A stretch of DNA of 64,000 nucleotides from an uncultured virus (IMG/VR IMGVR_UViG_3300010355_000481) (Duplodnaviria; Heunggongvirae; Uroviricota; Caudoviricetes; Crassvirales): the IMG/VR virus record IMGVR_UViG_3300010355_000481. One strand, written 5' to 3'. The translations under genes and the position numbers were made by a program. Positions 36,933 through 48,000 of the stretch are shown in pieces. The notes beneath the pieces are model-generated. The model ran no database searches, was not told the origin of the DNA, and saw only the letters and a program-made list of their open reading frames with translations. The stretch's first letter is position 1. Every line of letters starts with the position of its first letter.

Positions 36933-38134
36933 ACACCAATTCCACCGATATTAATTGCAGTAAATGTATGGTTTAAACCTGCGCCTCCTGCAGAATGTGC
37001 TCCTATTGAAGATGTTATTCCAGTAGTTCCATTAAGTGCTTGAATTACATTTGTACTACTTCTTTGTAGTGTAATACTTCCAGTACTTCCTGCTGCTCTA
37101 CTAAATTTATATTCTCGACCAATACATGTCAAAGCATCTGGTAAAGTAATTGTAATATTTACTGCAGCATTACTTACTAATATTTTTCGATGTGTAGCGT
37201 TTAATACGGTAGTAGCAGTTATGTTCAATATTGCCCCTGCTTCACTTCCATTTACATGAAAAGTGCTTGTAGGTGAAGTTAATCCTATAGCTACTCTTTC
37301 ATTAAAATAACCTGAAACACCCCCAGCTACAGTATTAATTCCTGTAATTGCCGGAGCTGCCGCCACTCCTGAATTACCTCGAACTCCACTCCATCTAGTA
37401 CCATCCCAAACTCCTAATTCTCCATACACGCCAGTAGCCGCTCCTGTATTTACAGATTCACCTTTAACTGCAAAACCCCCAGATCCATTATTATTCTTGA
37501 AATAAGCAGTACTGCTCATAGAAGAATTTCTAACATCAAATTTAGCTGTAGGTACTGCAATATCAATACCAACCTCTCCTGAGTTAGTGATAGTTTGCCT
37601 TATTACATTATTAGTTCTAAAACTTAATCCTATGTTATCTGTGGTACCTATAAAGTTTGTAGCTTGAACAGTGCCTGCATTACCTGTAATTTTCCAGTCA
37701 GGGGAAACGGGTGCAGTCACATAACTTGAACCATTATAAGTCCATTGGCTACCATCAATAGAAGATACATAGATTACAGTTGTAAGTCCTGGGGTATTAG
37801 GCGTAAAAATTGTACCTCCTGTATTTGGGTTAGTATTTACACTAAAACTTACTGTAGCGTCGTAAATAGCGTTTGGTTGTAAAACCCAAGATGTACCATT
37901 CCAGTCATACCGATTTCCATTTAATAATACTCTAGTATCAACCCCAGCAGGTGGTGCACCTGTAGGAATAGTATTGTTTCCTGTGTATTGTACAAAATCA
38001 GAATTAGCAGAATCTAAGGTATATCTATTTTTAGGTTGTAAATCATCTCTGTCTTTTACCAAAGACATACCCGAGCCAATGTTTATCACGGCTTCATCTA
38101 GTCTTATCTGATTTGGGTTTTCTTTTGCTGGCAT
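36917..38134 (-). CDS. tail fibre-like protein
   Basis: YDWNGTSW, WKITGNAGT...NFIGTTDN...FRTNN and GI...PT.KFDV repeats typical of Bacteroidota phage fibres. Confidence 0.7.
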   Translation of the reverse strand: MPAKENPNQIRLDEAVINIGSGMSLVKDRDDLQPKNRYTLDSANSDFVQYTGNNTIPTGAPPAGVDTRVLLNGNRYDWNGTSWVLQPNAIYDATVSFSVNTNPNTGGTIFTPNTPGLTTVIYVSSIDGSQWTYNGSSYVTAPVSPDWKITGNAGTVQATNFIGTTDNIGLSFRTNNVIRQTITNSGEVGIDIAVPTAKFDVRNSSMSSTAYFKNNNGSGGFAVKGESVNTGAATGVYGELGVWDGTRWSGVRGNSGVAAAPAITGINTVAGGVSGYFNERVAIGLTSPTSTFHVNGSEAGAILNITATTVLNATHRKILVSNAAVNITITLPDALTCIGREYKFSRAAGSTGSITLQRSSTNVIQALNGTTGITSSIGAHSAGGAGLNHTFTAINIGGIGVWVRI

Positions 38135-38157
38135 TATATATTAAAGTTATTGAGTTA

Positions 38158-38247
38158 AAGATAAGACCACCCGAGGGCAGCCCCACTAAGATAAAACCAC
38201 CCGAGGGCAGTTTCATTAGGATAAAACCACCCGAGGGCAGTTTCACT
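38158..38247 (-). repeat. three tandem 30-bp repeats, each an 11-bp RNA hairpin on the - strand
   Basis: Units 38158-87, 38188-217, 38218-247; invariant core ACCACCCGAGGGCAG. Confidence 0.9.
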
Positions 38248-38251
38248 ATTT

Positions 38252-39985
38252 TTAACGATTGAAGCCAATTTGCCAATCGTATACATACGTATCATCTTGA
38301 GGTACAAAATGCCCCCATTTAGGTTTTATATAAAGTGTTTCACTAGGAGGTCCTAGTACAACTGATTTGTTATCGCTAGGATCTATGTATGCAAACCTAA
38401 ATCTTATTGGTTGTTTAAATGTATTAACAACATATTGTCCAGGTTGTGCTTGAGCACCTTGACGATGTTGATAACGAAGATTATGCCCTCCTGTTACAAA
38501 ATCTACCCATCTTTTTGGTAAGATAGGAGGATTCCCATAAAACAATTGAGGTTCTAATTCTAAAATTTGATTCTCAAAATCAATAGTAGTAAGATTCCAT
38601 TCTGTAGTCATATATGCGCCACCTGGACTTCCACCATAATTAGTTCCTGTTCTATTTAACGGACCAGCTAAATTAGGGGAATGTATCCATTTTGGTTTTC
38701 TTTGCTTACGACGATAATTTGATTTTTTGATATGAGCTAAGACTTCCATAAAAATCATAGGCTTATTATTCATTAAAGTATCATAACTTCCTGGCGGAAC
38801 ATTAATAGCTACTTTAAGTTTGTCATTAGCCCAATTAGGTACTGTATTTGTTATAGACCCTCCAGTAATATAATTACTTGAAGAATAGGAAGATGCTACG
38901 AAAGTAGTATAATCATCTTGACGATTATGTTGAAGTATATAATTATCTCCTAGTTCTATCATAGGTACTGGGATATTGGTATCTGAACAACCTATTTTTC
39001 CTTTAAATAATCCTGGTTGGCCTGCAACACCATAAGTAACATTTGATAACGGTACTTTTTTAACTCCAACTTGTTTTAATAGCCAATCACCCCCAGTAAC
39101 GCTATCTTCAATAAGAAGATTAATATCGTTAAAACTGTTTGTAGTAAAATAAGGATCAGAAGCTAGTAATGGTGTAAATGATGTATCTGTAACTAAAACC
39201 CTATTGTCAGTAACTCCTATAAGTCGAAATGACGAACCATAAGAAGCTAGTTGAGCATTAAAAACATTAATTAAGTTAGCAAACGTAGTGTAAGAAGCCG
39301 AACCTGTTGTATAAGTTGTAGGGCCTAAACCATCAGTATCTACAGTTAGTTCGAGCAACCAAGGTCGTGTATCAAATAACGGTACATTAGACCATTGTAC
39401 TGCTTCTGGTTCAGACATACCTACGTATGTACCATCTAAAACCGCGCCTGATCCTGGTTTTAAAAATAAAACTTCGTCATTTATACAATCAAACTCATTA
39501 ACTGCTACCGGTAAAATTTTACAAGGTTCGCTAAAATCGATTATGTTAAAGAAATAAGGAGGTTCCCCATTTACAGAATCTCCATCAGGGTCTACACCTA
39601 AAGGATTTCCCCATACGCCGCTATTGCTATTTTGGATAGCTAGTTGGCTGTTATTAACATTTGTACCAGTTAGAATAAAATAACCATACGTACCATTTAT
39701 TACATATGATAAAGTTGTACTGTCTCCGATTCCTGTCATTAAAGTATTGTAAACATCACATACTTTGCCTAACAAACCGTCCATAGTTCCTGAACCAATA
39801 GTAGTACTTATCGTACCTAAATCATTAGTAAGTTCTATGTTAATATCATCTACACCTGGGGTTACTATAAAATTAGAAAAATCCCACCCAAATACAGGTA
39901 TCATTTTTCTTCCCACAAATCCATGGGAATCAAACTGTTCCGTTGCAGTAGGACAACTATTTTTTCTAATATTATTTCTAATCAT
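38252..39985 (-). CDS. putative virion structural protein
   Basis: 577 aa, beta-rich, in the late operon. Confidence 0.6.
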   Translation of the reverse strand: MIRNNIRKNSCPTATEQFDSHGFVGRKMIPVFGWDFSNFIVTPGVDDINIELTNDLGTISTTIGSGTMDGLLGKVCDVYNTLMTGIGDSTTLSYVINGTYGYFILTGTNVNNSQLAIQNSNSGVWGNPLGVDPDGDSVNGEPPYFFNIIDFSEPCKILPVAVNEFDCINDEVLFLKPGSGAVLDGTYVGMSEPEAVQWSNVPLFDTRPWLLELTVDTDGLGPTTYTTGSASYTTFANLINVFNAQLASYGSSFRLIGVTDNRVLVTDTSFTPLLASDPYFTTNSFNDINLLIEDSVTGGDWLLKQVGVKKVPLSNVTYGVAGQPGLFKGKIGCSDTNIPVPMIELGDNYILQHNRQDDYTTFVASSYSSSNYITGGSITNTVPNWANDKLKVAINVPPGSYDTLMNNKPMIFMEVLAHIKKSNYRRKQRKPKWIHSPNLAGPLNRTGTNYGGSPGGAYMTTEWNLTTIDFENQILELEPQLFYGNPPILPKRWVDFVTGGHNLRYQHRQGAQAQPGQYVVNTFKQPIRFRFAYIDPSDNKSVVLGPPSETLYIKPKWGHFVPQDDTYVYDWQIGFNR

Positions 39986-40005
39986 TGTCTAATTTTATAT
40001 TATTG

Positions 40006-40046
40006 TAAGTAGAGGGGAATCGAACCCCTCTATAACCATTTACTTA
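40006..40046 (-). ncRNA. tRNA-like minihelix/T-loop element
   Basis: - strand TAAGTAAATGGTTA-TAGAGGGG-TTCGATT-CCCCTCTA-CTTA: T-loop consensus with a GG-containing linker, no anticodon arm. Confidence 0.45.
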
Positions 40047-40050
40047 ATTG

Positions 40051-40689
40051 TTAGATAATCCAACGAACCTTTGCTTCGTGTCCTGTAGCAGGAGTTACCA
40101 CGATAGCAGCGTTGATGAATGAATCTTGATCTTCTTCTACGTTGTATTCGAAATATGATTCTACTGCAAACATTGTTTCAGTTAAACCACCAGAAATAGC
40201 AATATCTGCAAATTCCATACCTAAATGGTTTAAACCTAGGTTTAATACGCTAAATGATTTTACATTAGCTGGGATTGTTACCGGAGATGTGCTCAAAGCT
40301 ACTTCAGAAAAAGCTTCTGGTTGTACTACTGCGTCAGCTGCACAAATAGCTACAGTTCCTGTCGGAGTGTATGCTGCACCTGTGATATCATAGTTTACAA
40401 CTACCGGAGCTGTAGTATGATTACCTACCCATGTGAATTTACGGAAGAATGCTGTAGGTACACCTGCATTTACGTCACATAGTTGTACTACTTCAGAATC
40501 TACAGTACCATCAATACATGGAACTGGCGTTGCCGGCGCACCTGTTTGGCGAACTACGGTACCGTCATTGTTTACTAAATCCCAGATAATACTACCATCT
40601 AGCATTACTGTTCGAGTGTAATTGTTACCACCAGAGGTGAAACAACCTGAAAAAAGAACTTCGAAATCTCTAAGTTGATTACTTGTCAT
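40051..40689 (-). CDS. putative virion structural protein
   Basis: 212 aa; LCD...FFR...YTPTGTVAIC module shared with 40719..41630. Confidence 0.6.
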   Translation of the reverse strand: MTSNQLRDFEVLFSGCFTSGGNNYTRTVMLDGSIIWDLVNNDGTVVRQTGAPATPVPCIDGTVDSEVVQLCDVNAGVPTAFFRKFTWVGNHTTAPVVVNYDITGAAYTPTGTVAICAADAVVQPEAFSEVALSTSPVTIPANVKSFSVLNLGLNHLGMEFADIAISGGLTETMFAVESYFEYNVEEDQDSFINAAIVVTPATGHEAKVRWII

Positions 40690-40718
40690 GTTTTTATATT
40701 GTGTTTTTAATTAAAAAG

Positions 40719-41630
40719 TTATTTATGTCTAAATTCTACTGTTACGTGAGGTCCTACTGAATTAGTAATAATTACTGAATTGAGTATACCAGTTGCAAAA
40801 GAAAAACTTTCTTGATTGTTAGGAAATACTTCAAATGTCCCATTACCTAATGTAATATCTGGTAATTGAACTGTTATAGGGTTAGGTGTACCTAATGGCG
40901 GGTCATAACTAATACGAACATAATCTGCCGCAAATGGAGAAACTTGTGTGCTATTCCCTACACTTTGTATTAATTGTAATCCTGGCGTATTTGTTATTGT
41001 TGCCGAAGTACATACTCCTGCCGACACTGGCCCTGTAGTAGTATATAAAGCCCCACTTAAATCTGTATCGATCGTAGTTAAGATGCCAGCGCCATAATCA
41101 TAAGCAAAATGACGAACAAATGTTGTACCATTATCGCACATAAACATCGGTTCTTTTTGTAAAGGAACTGATTCAGGAAGATTTGCTGTGCCTGCAGGAA
41201 GTGTAACTACTACATTTGTAATAGGATCTGTATATACTGTTGAAAGTAAAACACCTGAAGAATCGTATACTCTAGTCTCTCTAATTTGATTTGCAAGAGG
41301 TTGACCGTTAATATTTGTAGGAGTGACTAAACGTTGAGAAACAGAAAAACTCCCACTAGTCGCACAATTTTCAGGTGCCGGACCAGTATAAGGAGTTCCA
41401 TCTAAATTTGTATTAGTAATTGTTAAAGCACCTAAAGAATCATAACCGTAAGATACGATTACTATTTCTCCATTCAATGGGTTACAGGCTGTTATTACTT
41501 CATGATCTACTGAAGCACTTCCGCCAGGGCCAAGACTGTCAATTTTACAACAAAGGTTTTTTAAACCTGATTTAAGGTTATCTCTTATAGCGTAAAGTGC
41601 TTTTAACTCTGCAGAAGAAGGAGTTGCCAT
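40719..41630 (-). CDS. putative virion structural protein with Cys-bounded repeats
   Basis: 303 aa; repeats C...YD..G...DL.G..YT...C. Confidence 0.6.
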   Translation of the reverse strand: MATPSSAELKALYAIRDNLKSGLKNLCCKIDSLGPGGSASVDHEVITACNPLNGEIVIVSYGYDSLGALTITNTNLDGTPYTGPAPENCATSGSFSVSQRLVTPTNINGQPLANQIRETRVYDSSGVLLSTVYTDPITNVVVTLPAGTANLPESVPLQKEPMFMCDNGTTFVRHFAYDYGAGILTTIDTDLSGALYTTTGPVSAGVCTSATITNTPGLQLIQSVGNSTQVSPFAADYVRISYDPPLGTPNPITVQLPDITLGNGTFEVFPNNQESFSFATGILNSVIITNSVGPHVTVEFRHK

Positions 41631-41708
41631 GTAATTAAGTATTTAATTGAAAGAAAATCTTTCGTGGTAAGAACCACGTAGCAAAGTGCTACACATAGAA
41701 TTTTCATC

Positions 41709-41730
41709 TACAATATAAGGTAGTCATTTT
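41709..41730 (-). promoter_or_regulatory. putative late promoter of the structural operon
   Basis: - strand AAAATGACTACCTTATATTGTA, matching 5098-5119. Confidence 0.45.
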
Positions 41731-41759
41731 AAAAATTAATACGTAATTAATTTTAAAAA

Positions 41760-42014
41760 TTAATCGTCGTATGGTTCCCAATCTATCGACGTATCGAAGT
41801 CTTCATCAAATTCCGAGTCAGGGATAGTTTCAATTTGGATTACGGAATTATCAAATGGATCAACAATCTCTTGATGGTAATCGAAGGAAGTTTTCTGCAT
41901 GAGGAAGAAGTTTTCTATCTCTGCGTCGGACATACTATACCATCTGTCACTAGGTACTTTTACCGTCATTCCTCCTGGAAGTTCTATATTTATTTTTTCA
42001 TTATCATTAGCCAT
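41760..42014 (-). CDS. small highly acidic protein
   Basis: 84 aa, Asp/Glu-rich C-terminus. Confidence 0.65.
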   Translation of the reverse strand: MANDNEKINIELPGGMTVKVPSDRWYSMSDAEIENFFLMQKTSFDYHQEIVDPFDNSVIQIETIPDSEFDEDFDTSIDWEPYDD

Positions 42015-42078
42015 ACTGTAGTATTTGTTGTAAAGTAAATGAATATTATTTATATATATAAATAATTTTTAATGTGAA

Positions 42079-45000
42079 TTATCGGGCGCCGAGATTGATA
42101 TTAAAGTCTTTACGGAAGTCGTCATCAAGTAGTGCACTCCAATTTAAGAACTCTTTTGTTATCGGGAATAATTTTAAGAAATATTTAGTAGGTTGTGCCT
42201 TTTTTAAATCTTTAGATTCATCTCCGGTAAATACTTCTTGGGCTTGATTAAATGATTCTTTACTTAAATTTGAAGCAAAAGCTTGTACGTCGGTTAAAAC
42301 AGAAACTAAAGGTACAGGGCTTTTTACTAAATCTGTAGCTGATTTAGGATTAATAAAAAACGTTAATTCTGAATTAGCTCTATTTAATAACAAAAGAGTA
42401 TATCGTTGAGCTGCGTTTAATTTATCATCGTCATCCCAAGCTGCCATAAGACTATATACCATGGTTGTCATCGCGACCATTATTAAAATTTCTTTTAAAG
42501 TTGATCTAATATTGGCTACATATACATTTTTAAATTCACTCAAAGTAATAAAATCTCCTTTAGTGCCACCATTATCTATGTGTTTTTGGAGTAATTCATT
42601 ATATTTTTTTACGATTGCATCGTATGTTACGTCATTAAGGTTTCCATAAGCTCCTATAAATCCTTGGATAGTTTTGGATAAATCGCGTGAGAGTAAGCTT
42701 ACGGCTGTCATATATTTACCCCAGTTTAATTGTCCAGACACATTATCGATCTCGGCGCCACCCCATCTTTGTAATACAAGTCTAGGCATCCAAGATTTAA
42801 ATTGTCCGGCAACTTGCCCTAAGATAGTGTCTTTATATTGTGCGACGTCATCTCTGGAAGCATTACCTAATATTTGTTTTGAATATTTTTGTAATATAGG
42901 TCGAAGTTTAATTTGCATTTCTTCAGTTATTCCTGATTCTTCCCCTTTCAGTTCTTTAGAAACTACTGAATCTGTTTTCTTTAATTCTTCTACACGTTTT
43001 TCTAACTCTTTTTCAAATTGATTAAGTTTATCCCATTCTCTATTTTCTGCGAATTGCTTAAACTTTGTGTCGTAATCCATTTCTGTTTTTACATAATCAG
43101 ATATTTTATACAAAGTACCATCTTTAACCATATAGTTATTCATGACTGCCATTCCTGATACGAACTGAGTAGATTTATCTACTTCACGTAACATAATCAT
43201 TAAGTTATCCGAAGTAACTATTTTATCAAATTTAGTTAAAGAGAGATTATTAATACGATGATTATTTAAATCATCTATTATCGGATCTATAGCTTGTAGC
43301 ATTTTTAAAACTCTCATTGCTTTCGGTTCGCGAAAAAGTGTTTGGGATAATGTCGCCATAGCTGTTGATGCATCTTTAGCGTTGTATACACCATTACGGC
43401 CAGCTTCAAGAAACATGTTTAAATTACCTCCAATACCTGTGACGATAGCCGATGTAGAGTTCAAACCTAATGTAGTCATACTACGCCATGTCATAATTTT
43501 ACGTAAAGTTCTAACGAGGTTTACTTCTTTACCTAATATTTTAACGGTAGATTTAATGTCAGAAAATGGAGTAACTCCATAAACAGTACGATTAATTGCT
43601 TTTTCGAGGATATCGGTATTTTTATTTACCCCTTCCGTGATTTCTTTTATTAAATTACCTTCGCTGTCTTCATTATAAACAGCATTACCTTTTACGGAAA
43701 GTACATTACTTTTACGCTTTTCTAAATCAAGTAATAAACCTGCTTGAACTTCTAATTCACTTCGAGATTCATACTCCATCATATGGTTTACATACTGACC
43801 GTATACTTTTGCAATATTAAATGATTGCTTCGAGTATTCATATGTACCATCTTCTTTCTCGGTACCAAGAGAACGTTGATATAATTTAGGTATTTTTCGA
43901 TCAATTTGTTTTGTAAGAGGGTTGATTTCGACATTCCCATTAGTAATAGTTTCTTCATCCTGATCAGAAGCTTTAAATGATTCCATAAACCTTGACATAG
44001 AGAATACGCCTGTTTCTCCTGCCAAAAGTTTTTCTTGAGAATTTGCTAATATTGAAGGAAAAAAGGTAAACTTTTGACGATAAGAAATTAACCCTAATTT
44101 GAAAGCTTTTTCGTTAATTTCCATAATCGTATTATACAATTCTAAACGTTGTGGTTTAGAAGCCATTTCTTTATATTCGGATGTAAACCACTCTTCTTCG
44201 TAATCAGGATGGATATCATAATACTTCCAATTAACACCTACAGCTTTTTCCCCTGAAATTATAACTGGAAAAGAATTCTTTTCTTCCCATTCTCCTAACT
44301 TACGCTCGAAGTACTGCTCTTTCATATCGTTGTAAGCATCGATTTGAAGATTAGCATCTTTGAATTCTTTTTCAGTCATATTACCAATATTTGTAATACG
44401 TTCTTTAAAGTGGAGAGAATCTCGTAACATTGCTGAATAATCAGCTAATCCTTGATCGTATACGTCTTGTTTAAAGATAAAATTTTCATGATTAAGCCCT
44501 TCTTCATTATTAATTTTTTCTAATTTTTCTTTTAAGTTATATTTAGAGATTAATCTTGGTTGCATTTTCCCATTAACAGTATGGAAGAAAGTTTTAATAT
44601 CTTCGGCAGTTAACCCATCTATACCTTTCCCAAGTTTTTCGTAGTACATTAATTTACCTTTATTAGCTATACCTTGGGCTTTACGTTTTATTCTATCGAA
44701 AAATGCTACAGTTTTTACCTGAGTAATGGCTGACAATTCTGTGAACCATCTTTTTGCTCCACTATATGCCATTTCATTTTCTAATATATTTGGAACTCCT
44801 TCACGTAAAGCTGCATTTTGAGTGTAATTGTTTGTACGATCAATTATACGATCAATCATATAGATAACAAGTTGCTGCTTCTGTGCCATATCATAAGATA
44901 TACCAGGCTTTCCTTCGATATCAAAATACTTTTGCATGTCTTTATACAAATCAAGCTCATACTTGATATCAGTCAATTTTTCAATATTGATAGTATCATC

Positions 45001-48000
45001 TGATAGTATGATTTGTTCTTCTGCAAGTTTATTTAATACGTCAATACGATTTAAAATGTTTTTATGATTACGAGAAATTTGTAAATCTTGGATGATTTTA
45101 CGCAAAGCATCTATTTGTAACTCTCTGGCTATTTTTTTATGATCTTTATCAGATTGTAACATATTAGAATAAACCTTAATATATCCTTCCAATTTACCTA
45201 TAAAATCATTAATGAGTTTATTATCTGGAGTTTCTCCTTCTAAAGTTACTGGTAATAAATACCGTTGTTCTTCCCCCGTAGCTGCAGATGTAGTTATAGT
45301 TTTTAAAGTAGGATCGCCAAATGTAATATCTGCCATTTGGTAATACCCACTAATAGTTTTATATGTTTCTACTCCTATAGGGATAGCTCTTGCAGTTCCT
45401 AATCGTAAACCAGTTAATTGGTGTACCATCGTAGCATATTCTTTCATTTGAAGTTTATACGCTGTTTCTTTGAAGATAGGTAACATTTCCATCTCCGATT
45501 TAGTATCGTTAAAACGATTATACTTTTGAGGTGCTACCGTTTTCCAATCATAAATATCAAAAGTACGTGGTCCAATTATAAGTAAATCTGCCGTACCTGC
45601 TCTACCTTTTTCGGTATTTAATAATCGTTGTTCTGCATAAAATTTAACAGACGGTCCATGTGTTTTAATAGCACGCTTTATAATATGATGAAGATAACCA
45701 TGTGCTTGCTCATAATAGTATTGAGAATTTGCAGGTTCTATTACCCCCAAATCTGGTGTGGATTCTGCATATACAGTTGCTCGTTGTTTGGCAAGAATAG
45801 GTTGAAAAAATTCTTGATATTTTTGTAAAGTCTCTTTTGTCGGATTTGTATAATAATCAAGTACAATTGGACGTAATGTATTAGTTGTAGGATCAACAAA
45901 GACTTCATACAGTGTATTTTGGAATACTTCATGTAAAGCTGTACCTGCATCTTTTTGAAAAGTTATTGCAGGTGTTTCTTCTAATTTATTTGGGAAGATT
46001 TTATCATAATATGGTTTAATTACATCTTCATGTACGCCATTATAGATATCCCCTGTACGATTATTCTTGTATTTTCTGTGTTCTTCAAGTTGACCTTCTT
46101 CATTATTCGTAAAAGTAGATTCCGTAACTAAATCTTCACCTAAACCTTTTAAAACATTGTGAATTTCATCAGCAGATAAGTTTTGATTTGCATTATTTGC
46201 ATATGGACGCATATCATACACAAAGTTTGAATCAAGCATCATATTCACTACTGAACGGAATGGCGTATTCAAGTTTATGTTTTGTTCAAAGTCAAATCCT
46301 AATAATTTCCCGATATTATCCAGGAACATTTTCAAATAATCTAAGAATGATTTATTTACGGAAGTTTCAACTAAACGACCTATAGCAGCTAAACCAGCTG
46401 CTTCAACAATAGCTTCTTCGATTAATTCGTCGCCAACTAATTCAGGGTTGTTTTTCTTAGTTTCAAACAATACATTTTTTCCTGTAATATCTGTTACCGC
46501 CATCACTGAATTTGAAAGTAATTGATAAAATGGTGAACCCTGTTGTTTAATCAAATTGATAAATGGGTGTAAATATTCATGAAATGGCGTATCAAATGTT
46601 GCATGATTAGGATTAATCAATACCTTACCGTCACGGATAGCCCCTCGTTGAGCCATTTCATAATCGTAACCCCAATTTACTTGAAATCTAGTAGCTAAAT
46701 CATCAAGCATTTGTTCTATATTATGAGCTAGTTTTGGTTGATTAGGTATAGATTCATTTTCAATTGGCGCTATAGTATAAGAATCTTCTATATTTTTGAT
46801 TTCATACTTATTATTTCCTATTTTAGTAGCTATACCATCTTTAACCAAAGATTCCCATACACCTTTAGAATCGTCAGTTATTTGAGAAGAACTTTGTAAC
46901 GTTTTAGTTGGGTTTATTTTGGCTAGTTCTATGTAAGCTTGTTTTGCTAACCCTTGTTTTCGGTATTGGGGGTCTACTTCTATACCCGTAGTGATCAACA
47001 CATTGGGATTATCTTGGGATAAGTATGTATTTAATTTTCCAACTGTTTTTCCATCTACTTGTATTTTTATTTCTGGTGTACCTAAAGTTTCATTAATATT
47101 CGATTGAAAATTAGAAATGGGACTGCTATATAATCGTTTAGTCTTTTCTAGTAATCCCGCACCTTTATTTATCAGACTAGTTTGCATATCTTTATACAGC
47201 TGTTCATCTGTGTAAGGTTTTACATTTCCTTCTTTAAGGAAAGTATTAAAACGATTAATAATTACTTCGGCAGTTTTTTCATTTGAGAACAATTTTTTAA
47301 TATAATTAAGAACTTTTTCTGTTAATTTCTTAATTATAAACTTAGTTTCTTGCTCTGTAATAGCATTAAAATGTTCTAATTGTAAGGCCATTCTGATATA
47401 CTCATTTGCAATGGCATATTCTAAATCCTTCCCTGTTTGTTTAAATTCATAAATCTCTTTAATTTTTTTTCTTTTTGTTTCCGACATTTGGCTATAAACA
47501 TCGTGAAACCAAGAAATAGGCGCTAAATTATTAGCAGTATAGTGTATAACTTCTTCCGTTAATATTAATTCTAGAGCATTTTTGTAGTCTTCAAATGTTT
47601 GGTAATTTCCCATTTGACTGAAAACTACTTTTGGATTTACGTAGATTCCACTATTGTCGGCACTGAAAAAGGTATTATCGTTTGTAATGTAGATTCTTCC
47701 AAGTGTTCCTCCTGGTTTTGAATTAAATAATTTACTAGTGAATTCATCTTTTCGGTTGAAAAGTCTGTCGGCAAGTAAGGCCACGAACCCCATCTCATCA
47801 CTTTCACTTTGAGTACCCCTGACGACTCTGGCCCAGATATCTTGCATAGTACTTCCTGCAGCGCCTTGCTCCAAGGCAGATAGTACCAATGATCGTGAAA
47901 TCGGTGTGGGTTGTACCGTATAAATATCACCTTTTTTGTTTGTAAATATTCGCTTATATTCCTCTTCCACCAACATTCCTGCTGATAAAATGTTTCTATA

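Noticed and set aside
38158..38247. CRISPR mini-array
   Set aside because: The units are contiguous with no unique spacers, and no cas genes are present.
38094..38276. 60-aa ORF with KLPSGGFIL repeats
   Set aside because: It is a by-product of the 30-bp period, overlaps both flanking genes, and the substitution pattern fits RNA pairing better than coding.
40006..40046. Complete tRNA gene
   Set aside because: Only ~40 nt between two CDSs; no anticodon or D arm and no CCA.
27155..41630. Diversity-generating retroelement acting on tail fibres
   Set aside because: No reverse transcriptase in the window and no near-identical TR/VR pair noticed; shared modules are diverged at all positions.
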